Of a DNA stretch of 64,000 nucleotides, positions 55,801 to 64,000 are shown in pieces; position 1 is the first letter of the stretch; each line of letters opens with the position of its first letter. The position numbers and the translations under genes are program-made. The notes beneath the pieces were generated by a model. The model ran no database searches. It was not told the origin of the DNA and saw nothing but the letters and a program-made list of their open reading frames with translations. Source of the DNA: Mayamaea pseudoterrestris (Eukaryota); contig BROI01000019.1 in NCBI GenBank assembly GCA_027923505.1, positions 310,001 to 374,000 on the forward strand, written 5' to 3'.

Positions 55801-56631
55801 ATGTTTGGGGCTCCACGCGATTGCCGTTGCTGGTCGATGATAGCGAGGTGAAGCGTGAAACAAGTCCATAGAAATGGATATTGGAGCTTGTGGATTGTCG
55901 TGTACATCGTCATTATGCGAGCTTAAAGTTTCGGGAAGGGTGAACGAATGAAGACACAGCGCGCCCGTCGTTAATCCTGTCGCAATTTTCATGTCTGAAC
56001 CTGGCGAATTTAACGATGGAGCATGCGGCTGCACCTCTAGGCATGTACTCGCCAGGCTCATACCAAAGCTTGGATTCGAGCAGGAATATGCAATTGGTTT
56101 CATTGTAAAGAGTGACTGTCTCGAGTATTCATTGATAGTAGTAGGAGCATTCTCATTCTCATTCCTTAAAGAATCAATTCGCCATAGCTCCAGTAGCCTC
56201 GGTCCCCGACTGGCGCCGCTCACTTGCAAGCCATTATCGGATGATTCACGAGCACTCAAGTTGATTCCGACAAGCAAGTCTCGAGAGCAAAATTTGATGC
56301 GCGAAGGAGCCTGCTGCTTTGGCTTTGTAGTCGTGCTGCTATTGCTCATGTTGCTAGATTGGTGAAGTTGCGTCGACGACGAATTTACAGCGGCAGTCTC
56401 AACGTTTGCATCTAGACTGCTCGACTTTACATTATCAGCTGCAGCGCCATTCATTGATTTTCTTTCTTTAATTGATTGATCGCGCGCGTATTCGCGAAGG
56501 TTTGCTGTAGAATAGTGAGGCGTTGATCGAAGGGACGAGCGGACTGGAGATGACGGAATCGGAGGATAGACGGCTGGTGGGTAACTCGTCTTGGCGTCGA
56601 TCGCATCGTTGTTAGATGAATGTTCGGACAT
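52870..56631 (-). CDS. MIOS: GATOR2 subunit MIOS/Sea4 (WD40 + helical region + C-terminal zinc-finger/RING)
   Basis: WD40 repeats (VHGIERDPF, VKLWDAR), DRVGFACRFL, LQSYVDKYADVQTAAL, YRSLLNSWQMW..RAMFD, CPQCRKPLPRCAIC and WFSWCMRCKHGGHAHHL..WF....CPVSGC.C.C. Confidence 0.94.
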   Translation of the reverse strand: MSEHSSNNDAIDAKTSYPPAVYPPIPSSPVRSSLRSTPHYSTANLREYARDQSIKERKSMNGAAADNVKSSSLDANVETAAVNSSSTQLHQSSNMSNSSTTTKPKQQAPSRIKFCSRDLLVGINLSARESSDNGLQVSGASRGPRLLELWRIDSLRNENENAPTTINEYSRQSLFTMKPIAYSCSNPSFGMSLASTCLEVQPHAPSLNSPGSDMKIATGLTTGALCLHSFTLPETLSSHNDDVHDNPQAPISISMDLFHASPRYHRPATAIAWSPKHSHHVAIGLVGPNHHPGTAGTPTSSDRGGSSSNSQQSVGLRTSVAQTSSLLRPSSATAATGGDRDYCCYLWDIEHQQQQQQQSTQSLSPTLGSSTTAGAPGGRAGGGRGLKSTVPLFKLSYQMGVASLEWVLEDGHTLAVGGQLRNLQLYDVRIGTSQQQFQQTPIMSVYAHNFGVHGIERDPFRPWQFATFCRAANEPVKLWDARMMDTVVSEIKVTGQGNSMTDMNISQNTASITAVQWSATEAGKIAVGVGDVVHEYDTLSSASRSVHVNTTYLEDSVLDFCLYPFSAPVPCNEPITSGHLMAELFPNRLVAVTTDRKVVSAARTTVAPVAISPRDGRIVHSFGRALWIGSPSDGPSAMESLRIQSDEDISSTMMRRARCQHVAKYSMVASSNIKVLAEDGLVAESSLSLPTRAALLRLWSWIERVEALCSEAAVEDLWADGAAWHAKGLIGAGAWRLIHEDHGKEVDVEVFSDNLACLTYDSPGRRAALTSCGWAGKFNLVNVMGECEDLGEYERGAALAVWHGSLEAAVGALERGAEAIRGRLQGRKRADSADVEESLSYAETLELVALCVAGYRGGDNSKLSVSTVWKRSCSKLLQRDALVGSPRSTSQVAYLRTVLSFLLNLGSDDKHIDILNDASISLCDRVGFACRFLARNQLVVFLDECIRRCQATGDVEGVTVTGLDKDGIIILQSYVDKYADVQTAALVTSRVIFPPDYVQEKLICEEWLDGYRSLLNSWQMWQSRAMFDVDRADLLRQVKAKQGTVSGATKSLTTNTFQGSSSTRNRNAGALRNRKHQGPRPIDPDIQAASAPCQLDARCNYCNSPLGLTSQDVHASQWLSKMKPVLACCPQCRKPLPRCAICLLSLGTLNPYMELTKDRSRSATRGGSVTSTSTGDLSSLGNLPFGEWFSWCMRCKHGGHAHHLVGWFAKHETCPVSGCHCSCQFDGIQKLNRPALLQRSASERSMVIENDDA

Positions 56632-57111
56632 GCTTAACTTTGTGCTGATCGCTCAATAGACAACAGAAAATGTTAAGGCGAAGCAGTTCATGGCTTTTTT
56701 GATGCTCATGGTCAAGGGCGATGCGCAGACGGATGAGATCTTTTATTTGTCGGACCGTTTTTACTGCGACACAATCTTAGCTACCGAGACCAGCGCCAAG
56801 TCTCACAAGTTGCATAACTGATAAGCTAAATCTGCTCATGAAAACGATTAAGTAAAGTAAACAGTCATTTGACTCAATCATCGTAATGAATTAGCAGAGT
56901 CTATTTCGTTGGCACTTTTAGCAGATGTTTGCAGCCGAGCTCGATGAGGCTCTTGAATCAATGATCTTAGCACAAGTGAAGGTAACATCGCGCAATGCGA
57001 TCTATTCATCATTGCTCAAACGCCGCGCATTCATTTGTCGGCGAAGGGCGGAGAGCATGCATTGCTGTAGCCGTTTTGCCGCGTTGTGGCCATACAGACA
57101 AGTAGCGAACT

Positions 57112-58296
57112 CTATTTTATATAAACATCCCATCGGTTGGTCGTCCCTCGAACACTATAAGATGGCTGTACATCGCAATCCATACCGACTGGAGCAGCAT
57201 TCAATGGCCGCTTACACACAACTCGTGCCTGCGCCAAGGAATGGGCGGTTTGCAGCAGCGCCGACTCCTCCAAAGCTCTGGTTTCCATTGAATCGTCCTG
57301 AGAAGATAGCAAGCTGTGCAGAATCTGCATATTCTTTTTTACTGATGCTCGCTTTGTACGAGGTGGAAACATTTGGTCAATGTAGACAACGTCTGGCAAG
57401 CTGTCGTTGCTTGGTCGCAGTGAACCGTGCGCCAAGGCGGTTCCGTCGGCATGAACAAGACTCAGCTTGCCGTAAAGTTCTCTCGCAAAGCGTCTTCTGT
57501 CATTATTGGGACAGTGTGTTGCCAGAATTTCCATTCGTCGCTGAGCGTCATGCAAAAGGGCAAAGACAATGGGATCTCGCTCGACCATGGTCACCGCCCT
57601 GGCACCAGCCTTTGCCAGAACCAATGCGTCTTGTCCAAAGCCAGCCGTCAAGTCATAAATGCACGCTCCCTGAGTGGAGTCACCATGTCCACCTCTTCGA
57701 GGAGCAACAGCCTGCACCAGCAGATCCTTGCCGGACCGAGTCGTCTGTTGCTCCGACACTGACAGTTTGGGACAAAAGTCGATAAAGACGGGCTTCATAG
57801 CAAAATCTTTCAATGCGAGTTCCTTCGAGCGACTTTTACGAAATCTCTTCATGTCAGATGACTGAATCGGCTGTATGGCAACTGCATAATCGCTGTTGAT
57901 GCCGATTCCGAAAGAATCATACGGCTCAACCACAAGAGCATGATCATAGGCGACATTGTCGTCGGCTGACTGCGATAGCGAAGGCATCGAGAGAAGAGGA
58001 ATTCCAAGTTCATCTGCAATGTTTTTTGAAACCTGATCGAACTGCTCTTGGTCGGATTGAAGCACACATACCCGTCCGTTTACTTGTCTCGGAGAAAATG
58101 AATTTTGCGTTGCCGACGACGATCCGTCGACCTGCGTTTGTGATGCATGCAAAAAATGGTACGCTCTTCGACTGCGCTTATTGGTCCAAATTCTGCTTTG
58201 AATTAGCGAGTCGGCAGTTGAAACTACCCATGTAGCAATGAAAAGATAAAGAACGCGGAGAGCTGACATTGTACAACAGAGCAACAGAGACACCAT
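57112..58296 (-). CDS. rsmJ: RsmJ/YhiQ-like 16S rRNA m2G1516 methyltransferase with N-terminal targeting peptide
   Basis: IYDLTAGFGQDALVLA, VERDPIV..LL.DA, PDVVYIDQMFP...ASVKKNMQIL, RVVCKRP and RWDVY. Start at ATG 58296 or 58269 (the track uses 58344). Confidence 0.85.
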   Translation of the reverse strand: MVSLLLCCTMSALRVLYLFIATWVVSTADSLIQSRIWTNKRSRRAYHFLHASQTQVDGSSSATQNSFSPRQVNGRVCVLQSDQEQFDQVSKNIADELGIPLLSMPSLSQSADDNVAYDHALVVEPYDSFGIGINSDYAVAIQPIQSSDMKRFRKSRSKELALKDFAMKPVFIDFCPKLSVSEQQTTRSGKDLLVQAVAPRRGGHGDSTQGACIYDLTAGFGQDALVLAKAGARAVTMVERDPIVFALLHDAQRRMEILATHCPNNDRRRFARELYGKLSLVHADGTALAHGSLRPSNDSLPDVVYIDQMFPPRTKRASVKKNMQILHSLLSSQDDSMETRALEESALLQTAHSLAQARVVCKRPLNAAPVGMDCDVQPSYSVRGTTNRWDVYIK

Positions 58297-58661
58297 TTCG
58301 TGCAGATTACGGCAGATAGTGTGCTGAATGTCTTTGTTTTTCAATCAAGTCATGCCTTCTCTATATCAAAAACGATAGCATTTGTGTGTCCTCGTCCTTC
58401 GAGTCAACTGTACAGCGTGATCCCGCAAGAAGCTCTGGTGGCGCATGCAATGGAACGACGGAAGGTGAAACGTCACACCGGCAACGAACGATTACCGATC
58501 GAACGTCTTGGAAAAACTGACACCCGACGACCATGGACAAGGCGACGAACGTCAACCTTGCTTGAATTACTACGTACGGTAGACAACTTTCGAACTTGGA
58601 GGTAAAACAAATAAGGAGAGGAAAGCTCTCAGAATAACTCTCAGACAGACTCGATCAAAGC

Positions 58662-59636
58662 ATGGTTTCCGTCAAGACGGACTCATCATTGGCGCAACGT
58701 CAATCCATTTCGAAATTGTCCTCTTCCTCTTCATCATCATCATTTCTGGAAGAAATTATCACATGGATTGGCCATGAAGGAAGCCATCACGCCAAGCATC
58801 GAGGCTTGCTGCATCCAATCACGACCTTGCTGCTGCACTACGCCATTATCATTTCCGTCACCTTTGTGTCGCACGATTTTCTGCTCCATCGCATCTCGAA
58901 AGTTGACGCTGCCTCCTGCACCTTTGGCAGTCTGCACGCGCACCGCGCTCACAATATTGCCATGTTTTGCTTTTGCTATTCCGTTTGGCTGCTCGCCTGG
59001 CGACTATATTTCTTCACGCCCGTCCAGTATCGATCGGCAGTTGTCTACGAGTTTTGCTGGTTGTGCAATGTCAGTCTCATTGTCGGCGGGCTTGGCTTGC
59101 TCACATCCAAGCCAGTGGTGGCGCAGGCATACTGCGTCACGGTTGGAATCGATCAATTGCTTTGGTATGTTGATCTTTCCGTCTATTTAGTCAGGCGCAA
59201 GTTTCCAATTGGTGTCGCCAAGTACATTTTTTGGGAGGGAACCTCTTGGACGACTCGCATCACCTGCTGGCATCATGTTTGGACATTACCTTTGCTGCTG
59301 TGGGGAGCGCAAGGAATGCATCCAATTGCCTTTGTCTTGTCGGCCATTGTCATGGTCGCCAATGTTTGCGTGGCGCGATGCACAACGCCGTTTGATTTAC
59401 ATGATAATGAACACAAGCTTGATGACAAGGTGGAACCAAAGTATTTGAACGTCAATCTCAGCCATGAACTATGGAGAGACATTAAGTTCAAGTTTCTGCA
59501 GATAAACTACGATGATCCGCCAGTTGGCTTGTACTTGTTTCGCTTGCTTTGGCGGTGGGAATGCTTTAACCTGATGGTATTCATGGTTTTGTATGGACTT
59601 TGTCGTGCCATCTTTGGAAATGCTCCAGTTTGTTGA
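58662..59636 (+). CDS. Multi-pass membrane protein of unknown function
   Basis: 324-aa ORF with about 6-7 hydrophobic segments and conserved-looking motifs YEFCWLCN, IDQLLWYVD, FPIGVAKY, WHHVW and YLNVNL. Confidence 0.75.
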   Translation: MVSVKTDSSLAQRQSISKLSSSSSSSSFLEEIITWIGHEGSHHAKHRGLLHPITTLLLHYAIIISVTFVSHDFLLHRISKVDAASCTFGSLHAHRAHNIAMFCFCYSVWLLAWRLYFFTPVQYRSAVVYEFCWLCNVSLIVGGLGLLTSKPVVAQAYCVTVGIDQLLWYVDLSVYLVRRKFPIGVAKYIFWEGTSWTTRITCWHHVWTLPLLLWGAQGMHPIAFVLSAIVMVANVCVARCTTPFDLHDNEHKLDDKVEPKYLNVNLSHELWRDIKFKFLQINYDDPPVGLYLFRLLWRWECFNLMVFMVLYGLCRAIFGNAPVC

Positions 59637-59793
59637 TCGACCGCAACCAATGTCATGCATTGGAGCACTGATGAGCTTTGAGAATGCTCGAATCGATGCG
59701 TCCCGCTTGACCGCGTATTAACGAAATCGGCCATTTCGTATGTAGACATATAACAGACTATGCAGATTTAATTTGACTCACTGACAAAAAACT

Positions 59794-61804
59794 TTATTCG
59801 AATGAAGCCGCAGCCGGCGATGTGTCGCCAGTCCGCTCTCGTCGCTTGACTATCAAGTTTAAACCATTCCTCGTATGAATAGTAGCTCCTGTTCGAATGC
59901 CAACTGGATGATTCAAATGTTTTGGTGGGCCCATAATGTCTTCCTTTCCCTCAAATGATGCTGGGTCAAACTCAAAGTCGAATCGACTCAGTACTACACT
60001 CAAAGTTACGACTGCTTCCAGCATGGCAAACTCGTCGCCGACGCACTTGCGTGCTCCACCACCAAAGGGTAGAAAGGCAAAGTCGGACGCAATCTCATTT
60101 GGATACAGCTTGCCCTGCCACTTGGCCGGATCAAAGCCTGCCCATTCCGGAATATCGGGATTCTTGTAGGGACGCGTAAAACGCTCCGGATCAAATCTAT
60201 CAGGTTCAGGCCAGTAGCGGGAATCGCGATGAATATTGTAAATGGCTAGAAACAAGTCCATTCCACGAATACATGTTGTTTCACCAGCACCACCCCCCTT
60301 TGGAATGACTGATTCCTCACGACAACGACGAATCAAAAGCGGTGGCTCGGGATACATGCGGAGCGTTTCCGCCAAGACCAAGCGTGTGTATGTGAGTTGC
60401 TGAATGTCCGCATATGTCGGTTCCCGGTGACTGCCCTTGCCGTCACTTAACACGCGATCTAGTTCCTCGCGAATCTTGCCCATGCAATCAGGGTTGCGGA
60501 TCAGTTCAAAGAGCGACCATGTGAGAAGTGCACCAGTTGTTTCGTGGCCAGCAATTAGCTGTGAGAGAAGAGGGAAATGACAGCGATATGTCAGTGAGAA
60601 TCACGCGCTCCAATGTCATCAGTAAAGCCAAAAGTCAATCGATATACTTTACCATTGTCATGAGATCATCACGCAGCTGCTTATTGTCAATGTCTGCGCC
60701 ACGCATATCAACCAAGAATCGAAGCATAGACGGGTCTGACACTTCGGCATAGTTGCGCTTCTCCAACTCTTCAATGTCCGTAACACTGCGTGTTTGCTTG
60801 GCACGAATGATCAAGTCATCCAGAACTTCGTTCAAGAGTTTTAAATCGTAGTTGAACTTGCGCAACCGCGGAACCAGTTGATTGGCCAAAGGCAAGTCCC
60901 AATACGGAGCCGGAGTCATGCTGCGGTGCTCGACTTCGACCAAAGTAGAGTAAACTGATTTGATGATTGGCGACTCGTTTGTGACAGAGCCAAACTTGAA
61001 GTTAAAAACGGATAGACCGATAATGTCGAGAGCCACCGAGTTAAAGTACTGCTCCATATCAACCTTTCCACTTTCGGAATCAATAAGATTATCTAGCTTT
61101 TCAATGAGTGGTTCATTGCAGTAGCCAAATAAGCCGACCATGTGATCAAGCCATGCTTTGTGAAAGGCTGGAACAATTTGCGGTCGTCGCTCCCTCCACG
61201 TTTTCGGATCCGCCGGAATGAGTCCCTTGCCCATGATTGGTTCCAGCAACTCTCCAAGCATACCCTTGTCAAAGTTCGTACTCGCCTCCCTTAGTATGAA
61301 CTTAGCTTGAACTGGATCGCTGACAACCAAAAACGACTTTGGTCCAAAGCATAGTTTGTACGGGCTTCCGTAACGCTGAAAGTAATTTTGCAGTCCAACA
61401 AACATGGTTCCTTCCGCAATGTCTCCCATTTCACCTTCAGCCAGCTCGCAGCCATCCAGACTCGGATATCCTCCGTATATTTGCTCAATGTTTGTCCGCA
61501 ACACATGCGCCGTATCACCAAAGACAATGTCTTGACCTGGCTCGCCCCGCTTCATCATGTCCATCTTCCAGACGAGGTCCCACCACCATGGTAGACTAGA
61601 GTCATTCTTGCTGCTGCTCTCCAAGCCGTTGCCATTCTTGTTTTCACTTTTAGTTGCGTCAATGTTTGACTCTTGTGTTTCCGTCGGCGGTGGACTCGAG
61701 AAAGCGCGCGTCAAGGAGGATAAAGCCCTGCTTTGCAACGGCTGAAACGCTGATGAAGTCGTTGCCTGCAAAAGCAAAGACAGAGCTGCCAATTGTATCT
61801 TCAT
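59794..61804 (-). CDS. CYP97: Plastid cytochrome P450 of the CYP97 family (carotenoid hydroxylase); 2 exons
   Basis: Leader TSSA-FQP. Motifs LCFGPKSFLVVSDP and LEPIMGKGLIPAD. Intron 60559-60652 gives LRDDLMTMLIAGHETT; ETLR, PERF and the heme motif FGGGARKCVGD follow. Confidence 0.96.
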
Positions 61805-61941
61805 GCTCGCAGTGAACGATTATTGTTAAATCAGATGAGACGGTTGCAAATATTGGTGCTCGTCCACGAGATGCGGCAGGTGATTGATGGCCGATCCTTG
61901 TTGTTGTGACGGAGGGAAGGTTGATGGCGCGCAGATCTTCA

Positions 61942-61975
61942 TGACGTTTCTTTCATGACTACGTAATGAGTCATG
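61942..61975. promoter_or_regulatory. Cluster of bZIP-type motifs upstream of CYP97 (TGACGT, ATGAGTCAT, inverted repeat CATGACT-N8-AGTCATG)
   Basis: Motifs read directly at 61942-61947, 61966-61974 and 61954-61975. Function is inferred. Confidence 0.35.
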
Positions 61976-62594
61976 TGAGCATGCAGCGTTCGCTTTGGAC
62001 CGACTGGCGCGCAGAGAAACGGCCAGTTACTCTATGGCGCCCGATAATTCTGATCGTCGAACCTTGCCCGCCTTCCTCGCGATACAAAAGTTGCAGTAAA
62101 TGCTTCGTCGAGCCATTTCGATATTTTAAAAGCAAACGCAGCAGAGTAGCCTCGGATCACGGCGATGATGACCACTCTTTCGCATGGCTACTCAAAAGCC
62201 GCAGTCACGTTGTCAAGTTTTGCATCGATCACAAAAAGTACACTCGCTCGAAGCAATCTCATCGTAACTGTACCCCAGTCAGCTGTCGTTTTTGGAATAC
62301 GATTCTTCCATCAGCAAGCAAACGATCCCTAGACAAAGGTACGAAGCATTTGGCGACCGTGCCAAGATCAAGCATGGCAAACTGCTTTTGGCGTTGAGTT
62401 GCAGCAGCGAGAGAATGCTGCTGTCACCATCTGCTCATGCAAAGATGTTCAGATACTTTGTAACTTTGGCCGAACGTCGAAGTGACTTGTATTGGCATGT
62501 CATTGCTGGATATTGATGTCCAGCATGGCGCTTTCTCGCCCTCTTCTCACTCAAAGCATGATTTTATCTGATAGTATAAACACACAGACGCATC

Positions 62595-64000
62595 ATGAGC
62601 ACTACTAGTACTTTTCCCCTTGTCAATTTTGTCCCTTCGGCCATTCCGGCTGCATTCATCGCGACTCCCGGACCTGTCATGGCGACACCTCAAATGGCGG
62701 CGTCCACTCCAGCCACGCCAGCAATGGCTCCGGCGGCGGCGGCTCAAAAGTATCGCAAGGCTCCCGACGCTCCAAAGCGATTCAAGTCGGCCTTTATCAT
62801 TTTTAGTGCCGCCAAGCATCGCGAAATCAAGGATGCCAAGGCAAAGGAAGGAAAACATGAAAAGGTACGTATATGCAGCGAGCAAGGGACTATTTTGTGA
62901 ATGCGTAGAAAGGATGTTCTGCATCGCCTCTCACTAACTCGAGACGCTCCTCTTGAATACTCTTTGCACGCGCAGACGACTGACATTGCCAAGCTCGTGT
63001 CGGAAGCCTGGCGCCAGCTTGAACCGGATGAAAAGTCAAAGTGGGAAGCCGAGGCGCAAAAGGACAAGGCGCGCTACGAAGTCGAAAAGCACATGTACAA
63101 GGGCCCATGGAAGGTTCTTGCCAACAAGCGGGCCCCAAAGGACCCTTCGGCGCCAAAGCGGCCCATGAGCGCGTTCTTGTCATACAGCAACAAGCTCCGG
63201 GCTGCGTTGAAAAAGGAAAATCCAAACGCGACGAATTCTGATTTGTCAAAGCTGCTTTCAGTAAAATGGCAAAGTCTTGACATGAAGGAAAAGAAGAAGT
63301 TTGTGGACGAGGAATTTGAGCTCCGCTCCAAGTACAAGATTGAAATGGCGGAATGGCGCGAGCGTAACGCGGAAGAGAAACGGGTGGAGCGGGCGGAACG
63401 CGAAGCAATTGCGCTCAGGACGGCGGAAGCTCAGGCGCTAGCACGACCAGCCATGGAGCAGGCGGCGGCACTTCAGCAGCAGGCCTTGGCAGCTCAGCAG
63501 CAACAAGTCAACATGGCCGTTGCAGCCAACCTTCAGCAGCAAATGATGGCCGCTGGTGTCCAGCAGCAGCAGCAGCAGCAACCTACCGGCCAGCAAGAAG
63601 GAACTGAAAATGGTCAGCCTAGTGACGGTCAGCAACAGAACGGGCAGACAGGAAACACTGCTTCGACAGGCGAGGAAGCTCAGCAAGGCCAAAACAATCA
63701 GGCGGCCGCGGCAAACGGCATGTTTAACATGAACATGGGCATGCAGATAAATCCTGCTTTGCTGGCTAATAATCCCTTTTTAGCGCAACAAATTCAGAAC
63801 CAGATGCAGTTTCAACAACTTTTTGGTACGTTGGTTGTGAAAAATTTGATTTAATGTTGTCGTCTCGTTGCTGGTGTGTTTTCTCATACTTGTGTTAACC
63901 GAACCTCGCAGCCCAGCAGCAGTTCATGGCAGCGAATATGAATCAGCAAGGAGGTGCCGGGTTTGGCCAAAACACGACAAATCAAGCCGGTGCGCCTGGT
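62595..64000 (+). CDS. Tandem HMG-box protein with Q-rich tail (runs off the window end)
   Basis: APKRFKSAFIIF and APKRPMSAFLSYS HMG boxes. Introns 62865-62975 and 63826-63911 keep the frame open to position 64000. Confidence 0.93.

Noticed and set aside
56925..57785. 286-aa plus-strand ORF
   Set aside because: It is mostly antisense to the well-supported RsmJ-like gene and has no recognisable motifs.
61966..62516. 143-aa and 74-aa ORFs between CYP97 and the HMG gene
   Set aside because: No domain features; more likely promoter or 5' UTR sequence, though uORFs cannot be excluded.

Overview
Gene-dense eukaryotic nuclear DNA, not prokaryotic. It has short GT-AG introns (mostly 75-110 nt) and many proteins with a signal peptide followed by an ASAFAP-type motif, so it is almost certainly a diatom or a close photosynthetic stramenopile; the species cannot be fixed from sequence alone. 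About 33 protein-coding genes were reconstructed, several by splicing ORF fragments by hand. Housekeeping genes include KRR1, RRP45, CWF19L2, CD2BP2, MIOS, JMJD4, a COQ1/SPS-type prenyl synthase, an HSF and an HMG-box factor. Complex-plastid genes include a PEP carboxylase missing from the ORF track (1..1353 minus, probably periplastidial), a divergent PyShell pyrenoid-shell family protein, a signal-peptide PNGase resembling the SELMA sPng1, CYP97, an RsmJ-like methyltransferase, a Zn-ribbon/RRM protein and an 89-aa orphan. A loose run of glycan-related genes lies at 9-27 kb: SGT1/GT96-like, GT8-like, TMEM144-like, a GH99 with a knottin-like module, and the PNGase. Splicing oddities include a GC-AG intron and a 21-nt micro-exon. 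No rRNA, tRNA, CRISPR array or intact transposon was recognised. All family assignments come from motif recognition by eye, not from database searches.
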